Source: Octopus bimaculoides (Eukaryota). Taken from it: DNA of 58,916 nucleotides. The notes under the pieces were generated by a model that searched no databases, was not told the origin of the DNA, and saw only the letters and a program-made list of their open reading frames with translations. The translations under genes were made by a program, and so were the position numbers. This document shows positions 25,599 through 37,800 of this stretch, piece by piece (position 1 is the stretch's first letter; each line of letters begins with the position of its first letter). Where the stretch lies: assembly GCF_001194135.2 (NCBI RefSeq), contig NC_069003.1:37557092-37616007 (forward strand), given 5' to 3'.

Positions 25599-25698
25599 NN
25601 NNNNNNNNNNNNNNNNNNNNNNNNNNNNNNNNNNNNNNNNNNNNNNNNNNNNNNNNNNNNNNNNNNNNNNNNNNNNNNNNNNNNNNNNNNNNNNNNNN
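25599..25698. other. Exactly 100-N gap, a likely unsized scaffold join
   Basis: Run length is 100, unlike the irregular or 10-N gaps elsewhere in the window. Confidence 0.6.
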
Positions 25699-26186
25699 CT
25701 CGTGGGAGAAGGAGAGCAGTACAGTGGTGGTGGTCATATATGTGAGGGATTTGGTGGGAGCCAATAATGATGATGATGATTAAACTTCTCAGTCATTTGT
25801 TAATTAGTAAACAGTTTGATATATAAACAGATACTAGACATATATATATACAGGCGAAGGCGTGGCTGTGTGGTAAGAAGGTTTCTTATCAATCACATGG
25901 TTCCAGGTAAGTGCTTTCTACTATAGCTTCAGGCTGACTAAAGCCTTATGTGGGGATCTGGTAGGCAGAAACTGAAAGAAGCCCATTATGTATATGTTTG
26001 TCCTCCTACTATCACTTGACAGCCAATGTTGGTGTGTTTACATCCCAGTGACTTAGCATTTCGACAAAAGAGGTCAATAGAATAAGTCCTGGGGGTTGAT
26101 TTGTTCAACTAAAGGAGGTGCTCCAGTATGGCCGCAGTCTAATGACTGAAACAAAGTAAAAGATGAGACTTCAAAAACATACTTAC

Positions 26187-26450
26187 CAGAGTTTCCACGG
26201 CAACATGTTCCACATCGAAGCCTGACTCTTCATGAAACCGGAATGGTAAAGTGAAGACCTTGACGGTGGAAACGAGCACCTGATTAATCAAGCATGACAG
26301 GTCCAACTTCAGCTGTAGCTGCTCCAGACCGGGAGGGGAGCCTGGTTCAGTTTCATCATGGGGCACAAGAACTGCAACAGGGAGGTTGGGTTGCTGTGGC
26401 TTGGCCTGGAGGAGGGTCGATAGTCGGATTTGAGCATCGAGCCAGTACCT
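26187..26450 (-). CDS. MCM3AP: Single GANP/MCM3AP-like exon (88 codons, phase 0-0) with no partner exons found
   Basis: Pyrimidine tract plus cattcacag acceptor and gtaagt donor. RYWLDAQIRLSTLLQAKPQQPNLPVAVLVP resembles human GANP [29 protein letters not shown] (recalled, not searched). Confidence 0.7.
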
Positions 26451-26629
26451 CTGTGAATGAGAGAAAGAGAGAAAAGTAGACACGAGTGTGTGTGTGAGAG
26501 TGTGTGTGTGTGTGTGCGTGCGTGAGAGTGTGTGTGTGTGGTTCAACTTTACAGAAAACAAATAGACAAAGACAGGTGTAGGAACAACAAGCAAGTGTAT
26601 TAGTTTGACATTTGGGAAGAATGGAAAAG

Positions 26630-28845
26630 CCGTTTATACGAAACTGCGGCAGTATGTGCGTCGCTGCTGCAATAAGTACGTACTTGCGGCTGAAACAACA
26701 AACCTGTACACGTAGGTACGAAACAATTGCGACAAAAATAAGCTCCACAACGTAAATCTGTACCCGGCGACGCAACAGCATGCCTAGCGCCGCAAAAACC
26801 TGCCCAAAGCCGCAAATACATATTCCAAGCCATAAATACTAGCCGATGCCCGTTTATACGAAACTGCGGCAGTATGTGCGTCGCTGCTGCAATGAGTACG
26901 TACTTTCGGCTGTAACAACAAACCTGAACACGTAAATACGAAACAGTGGCGACAAAATTAAGTTCCACAACTTAAATCTGTACCCGCCGACGCAGCAGCG
27001 TGCCTAGTGGCGCAAAAACGTGCCCAAAGCCGCGACTACGTATTCCAAGCCGTATAAACCATCCGATGCCCGTTTATACGAAACTGCGGCAGTATGTGCG
27101 TCGCTGCTGCAACAAGTACGTACTTGCGGCTGTAACAACAAACCTGAACACGTAAGTACGAAACAATGGCGACAAAAATAAGCTCCACAACGTAAATGTG
27201 TACCAGCCGACGCAACAGCGTGCCTAGTGGCGCAAAAACGTGCCCAAAGCCGCGACTACGTATTCCCAGCCGTAAATATCAACCAATGCCCGTTTATACG
27301 AAACTGCGGCATTACGTGCGTCGCTGCTGCAATAAGTACGTATTTGCGGTTGTAACAACAAACCTGAACACGTAAATACGAAACAATTGCGACAAAATTA
27401 AGCTCCACAACGTAAATCTGTACCCGCCGACGCAACAGCATGCCTAGTAGCGCAAAAACGTGCCCAAAGCCGCGACTACGTATTCCAAGGCGTATATACC
27501 AGCCGATGCCCGTTTATACGAAACTGCGGCATTATGTGCGTCGCTGCTGCTATAAGTACGTACTTTCGGCTGAAACAACAAACCTGAACACGTAAGTACG
27601 AAACAATTGCGACAAAAATAAGCTCCACAGCGTAAATGTGTACCAGCCGACGCAACAGCGTGCCTAGCGCCGCAAAAACGTGCCCAAAGCCGCGACTATG
27701 TATTCCAAGCCGTAAATTCCAGCCGATGCCCGTTTATACGAAACTGCGGCATTATGTGCGTCGCTGTAGCTGTAAGTACGTATCTGCGGCTGAAACAACA
27801 AACCTGAACTCGTAAGTACGAAACGATGGCGACAAAAATAAGCTCCACAACGTAAATCTGTACCCGGCGACGCAACAACGTTCCTAGTGGCGCAAAAATA
27901 TGCCCAAAGCCGGAAATACCTATTCCAAGCCATAAATACTTGGCGATGCCCGTTTATACGAAACTGCGCAGTATGTGCGTCGCTGCTGCTATAAATACGT
28001 ACTTGCGGCTGTAACAACAAACCTCAACACGTAAATAGGAAAACGTGCCGACAAAATTAAGCTCCACATAGTAAATTTGTACCCGGCGACACAACAACGT
28101 GCCTAGTGGCGCAAAAGCGTGCCCAAAGCCTCGACTACGTATTCCAATCCGTAAATACCTGCCGATGCCCGTTTATACGAAACTGCTGCAGTATGTGCGT
28201 CGCTGCTGCTATAAGTATGTACTTGCGGCTGTAACAACAAACCTGAACATCTAAATACGAAACAGTGGCAAGAAAATTAAGCACTACAACGTAAATCTGT
28301 ACCCGCCGACGCAACAGCGTGCCTAGAGGCGCAAAAATGTGCCCAAAGCCGCGACTACGTATTCCAGGCCGTAAATACCAGCCGATGCCTGTTTATACGA
28401 AACTGCGCAGTATGTGCATCGCTGCTGCTATAAGTACGTACTTGCGGCTGTAACAACAAACCTGAACACGTAAATACAAAGACGTTGCGACAAAATTAAG
28501 CTCCACAACGTAGATCTGTACCCTCCGACGGAACAGCGTGCCTAGTGGCGCAAAAACGTGCCCAAACACGCGACTAGGTATTCCAAGCCATAAATACCAG
28601 CCGGTGCATGTTTATACGAAACTGCGGCATTATGTGCGTTGCTGCTTCTATAAGTACGTACTTGCGGTTCTAACAACGAACCTGAACACTTAAATACTAA
28701 ACAGTGGCGACAAAATTAGGCTCCACAACTTAAATCTGTATTGCCGTCGCAACAGCGTGCCTAGTGGCGCAAAAACGTGCCTAAAGACGCGTATTCCAAG
28801 CCGTAAATACCAGCCGATGCCCGTTTATACGAAATTGCGGCAGTA
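26630..28845. repeat. 220-bp tandem satellite, about 10 copies (11 x 20-bp higher-order repeat)
   Basis: gtttatacgaaa anchors at 26632, 26852, 27072, 27292, 27512, 27732, 27952, 28171, 28391, 28610 and 28823. Confidence 0.95.
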
Positions 28846-31800
28846 TATTCATACGTACGTACGTATATACGTACGTACGTTCGTTCGTTCGTTCGTTCTT
28901 TTCTTCGTTCGTTTCGTTCGTTTGCTCATTCGTACATACGTACGTTCGTTTGTTCGTTCGTGTGTACGTACCTTCGTTCGTTCGTTCGTTCGTACGTACG
29001 TACGTATGTGCGTACATTCCGTCGTTCGTTCGTTCCTCTCTTACGTATGTACGTACGTACGTACGTTCGTTCATTCGTTCGTTCTAACCTACGAACGTAC
29101 GTACGTTTGTTCGTTCGTTCCTTCGTTCTTACGTACGTACTTTCGTTCGTTCGTTCGTGCGTGCGTTCGTTTGTTCGTTTTTACGTACGTACTACGTACT
29201 TACATACGTTCGTTCGTTCGTTCGTACGTACGTACGTTCGTTCGTTCATCCGTTCGTTTCACTCGTTCGTTTGTTCCTCCTTCCGGACGTACTTACATCT
29301 ATACTTTCATTTGTTTGTTCGTTCATTCTTTCCTTCGTTCGTACGTACTTTCGTTCGTTCGATCATTCCTTCGTTCGATCGTTCCTTCCTTCGGACGTAC
29401 GTACATTCGTCCATTCGTTCTTTCGTGTGGTCATTAGTTCGTCGTTCGTACGTTCTTACGTACGTACGTATTTACTTTCGTTCGTTCGATCGTTCGTCCG
29501 TTTATACGTACGTAAGTTCTTTCGTTCGTTCGTATAAACGGACGAACGATCGAACGAACGAAAGTAAATACGTACGTACGTAAGAACGTACGAACGAGCG
29601 AACGAACGAAAGAATAAACGAACGAACGTTCGTACGTACGTATGTAACTACGAACGAACGAACGAATGAACGAATGTACGTACATACGATGTTCTTTCGT
29701 TCGCTCATTCTTTCGTTCGTTCGTTCGTTCTTACCTACGTTCATGCGGTCGTTCTTACGTACGTATGTAGGTACGTACTTGCGTTCGTTCGTTCGTTCGT
29801 ATTTTCTTTCGTTCGTTCGTTCGTTCGTTTGTTCGTTCTTTCTTTCGTTCGTGCGTACTTACTTGCGTACGTATGCACGTACTTTCATTCGTTCTATCGT
29901 TCGCTTGTTCGTTCTATCATATTTACGTTCGTACATACATTCGATCGTTTCTTCTTTCGTCGGTTCGTACGTACGTACCTGAGTTCGTTCGTTCGTAGGT
30001 ACGTGCGTACGTACATTCATTCGTTCGTACGTACGTACGTACATAACTACGTACTGATGTACATACGTACGTTCGTTCGTTTGTTCATTCCTTCTTTCCT
30101 TCGTTCGTTCGTTCGTTCATTTGTTCGTGCGTTTGTACGTACGTATGTTCGTTCGTTCACTCTTTTGTTCTTTCGTTCGTCTGTTCGGTCGTTCGTTTGT
30201 TCGTTTGTTCCTTTGTTCCTTCTTTCGTTCGTTCCATTGTTTCGTTCGTTCTTATGTACGAAATATGTACATACGTACGTTCGTTCTTTCGTACCTACCT
30301 ACGTTCGGACTTGCTGTCGTTCGTTCGTACATATGTACGTACGTTCTTTCGTTCGTTCGTTCGTTCATTCATTCTTTCGTTCGTTCGTTCATTCGTTCTT
30401 ACTTACTTCCGTACTTTCGTTCGTTCGTTTGTTCGTTCTCTCCTTCGTACGTACGTTGATTCATTTGTTTGGACGTACGTACGTTTGTACGTACGAACGT
30501 ACGTTCGACCTTTCGTTCGTTCGTTCGTTCGTTAGTTAGGTCGTTCGTTTGTACGTACGTACGTACGTTCGTTCTTTCTTTCGTTCGTTCGTTTGTACAT
30601 ACGTACATTCATTCGTTCGTACGTTCGTTAGTACGTTCGTATGTTCGTACGTACGCACGTATATACGTACGTTCGTTCGTTTTTTCGTTCCTTTGCTCAT
30701 TCGTACATACGTACGTTTGTTTGTTCGTTCGTATGTACGTACCTTAGTTCGTTCGTTCGTACGTACGGACGTATGTGCGTACATTCCGTCGTTCGTTCGT
30801 TCGTTCTTTCTTACGTATGTACGTACGTACGTATTACGTTCGTTCGTTCGTTCGTTCTAACCTGCGTACTACGAACGTACGTACATACGTATTTACGTTC
30901 GTTCGTTCCTTCATTCGTTCGTTTGTACATACGTACATTCATTCGTTCGTTCGTACGTTTGTTTGTTCGTTTTTACGTACGTACTACGAACGTACATACG
31001 TTCGTTCGTTCGTTCGTACGTCCGTCCGTCCGTTCGTTTCACTCATTCGTTCGTTCGTACGTCCGTCCGTCCGTTCGTTTCACTCATTCGTTCGTTCCTT
31101 CATCCGGACGTACGTACATTTATACGTTCATTCGTTTGTTCGTTGATTCTTTCCTTCGTTCGTACGTACTTTTGTTCGTTTGTTTGATCGTTCCTTCGTT
31201 CGATCGTTTCTTCGTTCGGACGTACGTACATTCGTTCATTCGTTCGTTCTTACGTACTTACGTGCGTTCGTACATTCGTACGTACGTACGTTCGTTCGTT
31301 CGTACGTACGCACGTTCATTCATTCATTCGTTCCTTTGTTCGTTCGTACGTACGTTCGTCATTCGTTCGTTCGTTCTTTTGTTCATTCGTTCTTTTGTTC
31401 GTTCGTTCGTTCTTTCGTTCGTTCGTTAGATCTACGTACGTACATTAGTTCGTTAGTTAGGTCGTTCGTTTGTTCGTTCGTTCGTTCATTCGTACGTACG
31501 TACGCTTTTTTCGTTAATTCTTTCGTTCGATCGTTCGTTCGTTGTTTCGTTCGTACGTTCGTTCTTTCCTTCCTATGTTCATTCTTTCGTTCGTTCGTTT
31601 GTTCGTTCATTCGTTCAATCGATCGTTCGTTCTTTCGTACGTACGTACATTCGTTCGTTAGTTTGTTCATTCGTACGTACGTTCTTTTGTTCGTCCGTAC
31701 GTACGTACCTACGTTTGTTCGTTAATTCGATTGTTCGATCGTTCGTTCGTTTGTTCGATCGTTCATTCGTTCGCACGTTCGTTCGTACGTATGTATGTAA

Positions 31801-34800
31801 TTACGTTCGTTTGTTCGTTCGTACGTACTTACGTTCTTTATTTCCTTCGTTCGTTCGATCGTTCGTTCATTCGTTCGCACGTATGTACTTACGTACGTAT
31901 GTACGTACGCTCGTTCTTTCGGTCGTTCATTCGTTCGTACGTACGTATGTACTACGTTCAAGCGTTAGTTCATTCTTTCGTTTGTCAAATTGTTCGATCG
32001 TTCGTACGTACGTACGTACGTAATTTCGTTCGTTCGTACTTTCATACGTACGTTCGTCCGTTTTTTCGTTTATTCGTTCGTCCGTTCCTTCGTTTCATTC
32101 GCTCGTTCGTTCGTTAGCACGTACGCTAATTCGTTCGTTTGTACGTACGTACGTTCGTTTGTTTGTTCGATTGTTCGTACCTACCGATGTATGTACGTAA
32201 GTTCGTTCGTCCGTTCGTTCGTACGTACGTTCGTTCGTACGTACGTTCGTACGTATGTACGTTCATTCGTTCGTTCGTACATTCGTTCCTTCGTACGTTC
32301 GTTCATTCGTACACACGTACGTACGTTCATTCACTCATTCGGTCGTTTGCTCGTTCGTTCGTTCATTCGTTCGTTTGTACTTACGTACGTTCGTTTGTTC
32401 GTTCGTTCATTCGTACGCACGTACGTACGTTTTTTCACTCATTCGTTCGTTTGCTCGCTCGTTCATTCGTTCGTACGCACGTTCGTCATTCGTACGTACG
32501 TACATTCGTTCGTTTGCTCGTACGTACGTACGTTCGTTGGTTCCTTCGTTCGGTCGGGCGTTCGTACGTACGTACGCACGTACGTCCGTTCGTTCGTTCG
32601 CTCGTTCTTTTGTTTGTTCGTTCCTTCGTTCGATCGAACGTACGTATGTACTACGTTCTATCGTTTGTTCATTCGATCGTACGTACGTATGTACTACATA
32701 TGTACTACGTTCAATCTTTATTCCGTTCGTTCGTTTTTATTCATTCGTTCGATCGTTCGGACGTACGTACGTTCGTTCGTTCTTTCGTCCGTTCGTTCGT
32801 TCTTTCGTCCGTTCGTACGTACGTACGTTGTTCGTTCGTTCGTTCGTTTGTTCGTTCTTTCTTTCGTTCGTTTGTTCGTGCGTACTTACGTACTTATGCA
32901 CATACGTTCATTTGTTCTATCGTTCGCTTGTTCGTTCTATCGTTCGCTTGTTCGTTCTATCGTACGTACGTTCGGACGTACGTTCGATCGTTTCTTCGTT
33001 CGTTGGTTCGTACGCACGTACGTGTGTTCGTTCGTTCGTTGGAAGGTACTATGTACGTACGTTCATTCGTTCGTACGCTCGTACGGTCGTTGGTAACTAC
33101 GTACGTTCGTATGTACTACGTTCAAGCGTTAGTTCATTCTTTCGTTTGTCAAATTGTTCGATCGTTCGTACGTACGTATGTAAGTTCGTTCGTTCGTACT
33201 TTCGTACGTACGTACGTTGTTCTTGCTTTCGTTCATTCGTACGTACGTTCGTTCGTTCGTTCGTTCGTTGGTACGTACGTAAGTTAGTTCGTTCGTTCGC
33301 TCGTTCTTTTGTTCGTTCGTTCTTTATTTCAATCGAACGTACGTACGTAATTACCTTCGTTCGTTCGTACGTACGTATGTCCTTCATTTCCTTCTTTTTT
33401 CGATCGTTCGTTCGTTCGTTCATACGTATGTACCTTCTTTCATTTGTACGTATGTACGTACGTTCGTTCTATCGTTCGTTCATTCAATCGTACGTACGTA
33501 TGTACTACGTTCAATCTTTATTTCGTTCGTTCGTCTGTTCATTCGTTCTATCGTTTGTACGTACGTACGTTCGTTCGTCCTTTTGTCCGTTCGTACATAC
33601 GTACGTTGTTCGTTCGTTCGTTCGTTTGTTCGTTCTTTCTTTCGTTCGTTCGTTCGTTCATGCGTACTTACTTACGTTCATTTTTTCTATCGTTCGCTTG
33701 TTCGTTTTATTGTACGTACGTTCGGACGTACGTTCGTTCATTCGTTCGTACGTACATACGTACGTACATTCATTCGTTCGTACGTACGTACGTAACTACG
33801 TACTGATGTACATACTAACGTTCGTTTGTTCATTCGTTCTTTCTTTCGTTCGTTAGTTCGTTCGTTTTACGTTCTTTCGCTTGTAGGTACGTAGTTACGT
33901 TCTTTCGTATGTAGGTATGTTCGTTCGTTACTTTGTTCGTTCGCCCATTCGTTCATTCATTTGTTTGTTCATTCGTTCGTTCGATCGTTTGTTCGTTCGT
34001 ACGTTTGTACTTACGTAAGTTCGTTCATTCGTTCGTTCTTTCGATCCTTCATTCTTTCGTTTGTTCGTTCTTTCGTTCGTTCGTATGTACGTACATTCTT
34101 TCGTTCGTCCGTTCGTACTTACATACGTACGTACGTACGTTCGTTCGTTCGTTCGTACGTCCGTTTATACGTACGTACGTTTCTTCGTTTGGTCGTTCTT
34201 TCGTTCGTTTGTTCATTCGTTCTTACGTACGTGCGTGCGTACGTACATTTGTTCGTTCGTGCGGTCGTTCTTACGTACGTATGTAGGTAGTACGTTCGTT
34301 CGTTCGTTCGTTTTTTCTTTCGTTCGTTCGTTCGTTCGTTCGTGTGTTCGTTTATCTTTCGTTCGTTCGTTCGCTCATACGTACGTACGTACTTACGTTC
34401 GTTTATTCGTTCGTATGTACGTACTTTCGTTCCTTCGTTCGCTCCTTCGTTCGTTCGTACGAACGTATGTGCGTATATTCCGTCGTTCGTTCGTTCGTTC
34501 TTTCTTTGTTACGTACGTACATTCGTTTGTTTGCTCGTTTGTTTGTTCTGTCGTCTGTACGTACGTACATACGTACGTACGTTCGTTCATTCGCTCATTC
34601 TTACCTACGTACTACGAACGTACGTACGTTTGTTCGTTCGTACATACGCACATACGTACGTACGTACAGACGTACATTCGTGTCGTTCGTTCGTACGTAC
34701 GTTCGTTCGTTTGTACGTGCGTACGTTCGTTTCTACATACGTACGTTCGTTCGTTCATTTCGCTCGTTCGTTTGCCCTTTCGCACCTTCGTTCTTTTGTT

Positions 34801-37800
34801 TGTTATTTCGTTCGCTCATTCGTACTTTCGTTTGTTTGTTCGTTCCTTCCTTCCTCCAGATGTACGTACGTAATAACGTTCATTCTTTTTTTCGTTCATT
34901 TGTTCGTTCGTTCGTACGTACTTACGTCCGTTCTTTCGTTCTGACGTACGTACGTTCGTTGGATATTTCGTACCTACTTACATACGTACGTACGTACGTT
35001 CGTTCATTCATTCGTTCGTTAGTTCGTTCTTTCGTTCGTTAGTTTGTTCGATCGTTCGTTCGTACCTAGTACGTACAGACGTTCGTACTTTCGTTCGTTC
35101 GTTCATTCGTTCGTTCGTTCTTACGTACGTATTTCGTTCGTTCATTCGTACGTACGTACGTACCTTCGTTCGTTCGTTTTTTCTTACGTACGTTCGTTCG
35201 TTCATTCATTCGTTCGTACGTACGTCCGTTCGTTTGGTCAGTCGTTTGTTCGGTCGTTCGTACCTATGTACGGCGGGAAGTTATGTTCGTTCGTTCGATC
35301 GTTCATCCGTTCGTACATACGTAAGTTCGTTCGTTCGTTTGTACGTGCATGCGTTCGTTCGTTCGTATGTACGTACGTACCTTAATTTGTTCGTTAGATT
35401 GTTTGTTCGCGCGTTCGATCTTTCATTCGTTTATTTCGCTCGTTCGGTCGTTCGGTCGTTCGTTCGTTCTTATGTACGTACGTTCGTTCTTTCGTTCGTT
35501 CGTTCTTTCGTACGTTCGTTCTTTCGTTCGTTCATTCGTTCGTTCGTAGGCACATACGTACATATGTACGTTCTTTTGTTAGTTCTTTCGTTCGATTGTT
35601 CTTTCCTTCGTACGTTCATTCGTTCGTTCGGACGTACGNNNNNNNNNNNNNNNNNNNNNNNNNNNNNNNNNNNNNNNNNNNNNNNNNNNNNNNNNNNNNN
35701 NNNNNNNNNNNNNNNNNNNNNNNNNNNNNNNNNNNNNNNNNNNNNNNNNNNNNNNNNNNNNNNNNNNNNNNNNNNNNNNNNNNNNNNNNNNNNNNNNNNN
35801 NNNNNNNNNNNNNNNNNNNNNNNNNNNNNNNNNNNNNNNNNNNNNNNNNNNNNNNNNNNNNNNNNNNNNNNNNNNNNNNNNNNNNNNNNNNNNNNNNNNN
35901 NNNNNNNNNNNNNNNNNNNNNNNNNNNNNNNNNNNNNNNNNNNNNNNNNNNNNNNNNNNNNNNNNNNTAGTACGTTCGTTCAATATTTCGTGCCTACGTA
36001 CATACGTATGTACGTTTGTTTGTTCGTTCGTTCATTCGTTCGACATTTCGTTCGTTCGTTCGTTTGTTAGGTCGTTCGTTTGTACGTACGTACGTTCTTT
36101 CGTTCGTACGTTCGTTCGTTCGTTCTTTCGCTCGTTCATTCGTACGTATGTACGTACGTACATAGGTTCGTTCGTTCGTTCATTCGTTTGTTCGTTCGCT
36201 CCTTCGTACGTACGTTCGTTCGTTCGTTCTTATGTACTTACCTTCGTTCGTTCGTACGTACGGACGGACGGACGTACTACGAACGTACGTACTTTCGTTC
36301 GTTCGTACGTAAGTTCGTTCGTTCGTGTCGCTCGTTCGTTCGTTCGTTTTTACGAACGTACGTGCGTTCTTACATTCGTACGTACGTACGTACGTGAGGT
36401 CGTTCTTCCGGTCGTACGATTGTAATTACCTACGTTCGTTCTTTCGTTCGTTCGTTCGTTCGTTCTTACGTACCTACATACGTTCTTTCGTTCGTTCCGT
36501 CGTTCTTTCGATGGCTCGTTCGTTCGTTCGTACGTACGTGCACACGTACGTACGTACGTTCGTTTATTCGTTCGATCTTTCTTTCGTACGTACGTAGGAA
36601 CGACCGAACGAACGTACGTACAACTGGAAGAACGAACCAACGAACGAACGAAAGATCGAACGAACATACGTAAGAACGAACGAACGAACGAATAAAAGAA
36701 CGAACGAACATACGTAAGAACGAACGAACGAACGAATAAAAGAACGAACGAACGNNNNNNNNNNNNNNNNNNNNNNNNNNNNNNNNNNNNNNNNNNNNNN
36801 NNNNNNNNNNNNNNNNNNNNNNNNNNNNNNNNNNNNNNNNNNNNNNNNNNNNNNNNNNNNNNNNNNNNNNNNNNNNNNNNNNNNNNNNNNNNNNNNNNNN
36901 NNNNNNNNNNNNNNNNNNNNNNNNNNNNNNNNNNNNNNNNNNNNNNNNNNNNNNNNNNNNNNNNNNNNNNNNNNNNNNNNNNNNNNNNNNNNNNNNNNNN
37001 NNNNNNNNNNNNNNNNNNNNNNNNNNNNNNNNNNNNNNNNNNNNNNNNNNNNNNNNNNNNNNNNNNNNNNNNNNNNNNNNNNNNNNNNNNNNNNNNNNNN
37101 NNNNNNNNNNNNNNNNNNNNNNNNNNNNNNNNNNNNNNNNNNNNNNNNNNNNNNNNNNNNNNNNNNNNNNNNNNNNNNNNNNNNNNNNNNNNNNNNNNNN
37201 NNNNNNNNNNNNNNNNNNNNNNNNNNNNNNNNNNNNNNNNNNNNNNNNNNNNNNNNNNNNNNNNNNNNNNNNNNNNNNNNNNNNNNNNNNNNNNNNNNNN
37301 NNNNNNNNNNNNNNNNNNNNNNNNNNNNNNNNNNNNNNNNNNNNNNNNNNNNNNNNNNNNNNNNNNNNNNNNNNNNNNNNNNNNNNNNNNNNNNNNNNNN
37401 NNNNNNNNNNNNNNNNNNNNNNNNNNNNNNNNNNNNNNNNNNNNNNNTTTCGATGGCTCGTTCGTTCGTTCGTACGTACGTGCACACGTACGTACGTACG
37501 TTCGTTTATTCGTTCGATCTTTCTTTCGTACGTACGTAGGAACGACCGAACGAACGTACGTACAACTGGAAGAACGAACCAACGAACGAACGAAAGATCG
37601 AACGAACATACGTAAGAACGAACGAACGAACGAATAAAAGAACGAACGAACATACGTAAGAACGAACGAACGAACGAATAAAAGAACGAACGAACGTATG
37701 AACAAAAGAACGATTGAACGAACGAACGTACAATCGAAAGTACGTACGTACATACGTACGTACGAACGAAGGAACGTACGAACGTACGAACGAACGGACG

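Noticed and set aside
26630-28845. Regular array that might be read as CRISPR
   Set aside because: Whole units are homologous with no unique spacers, there are no cas genes, and the context is eukaryotic.
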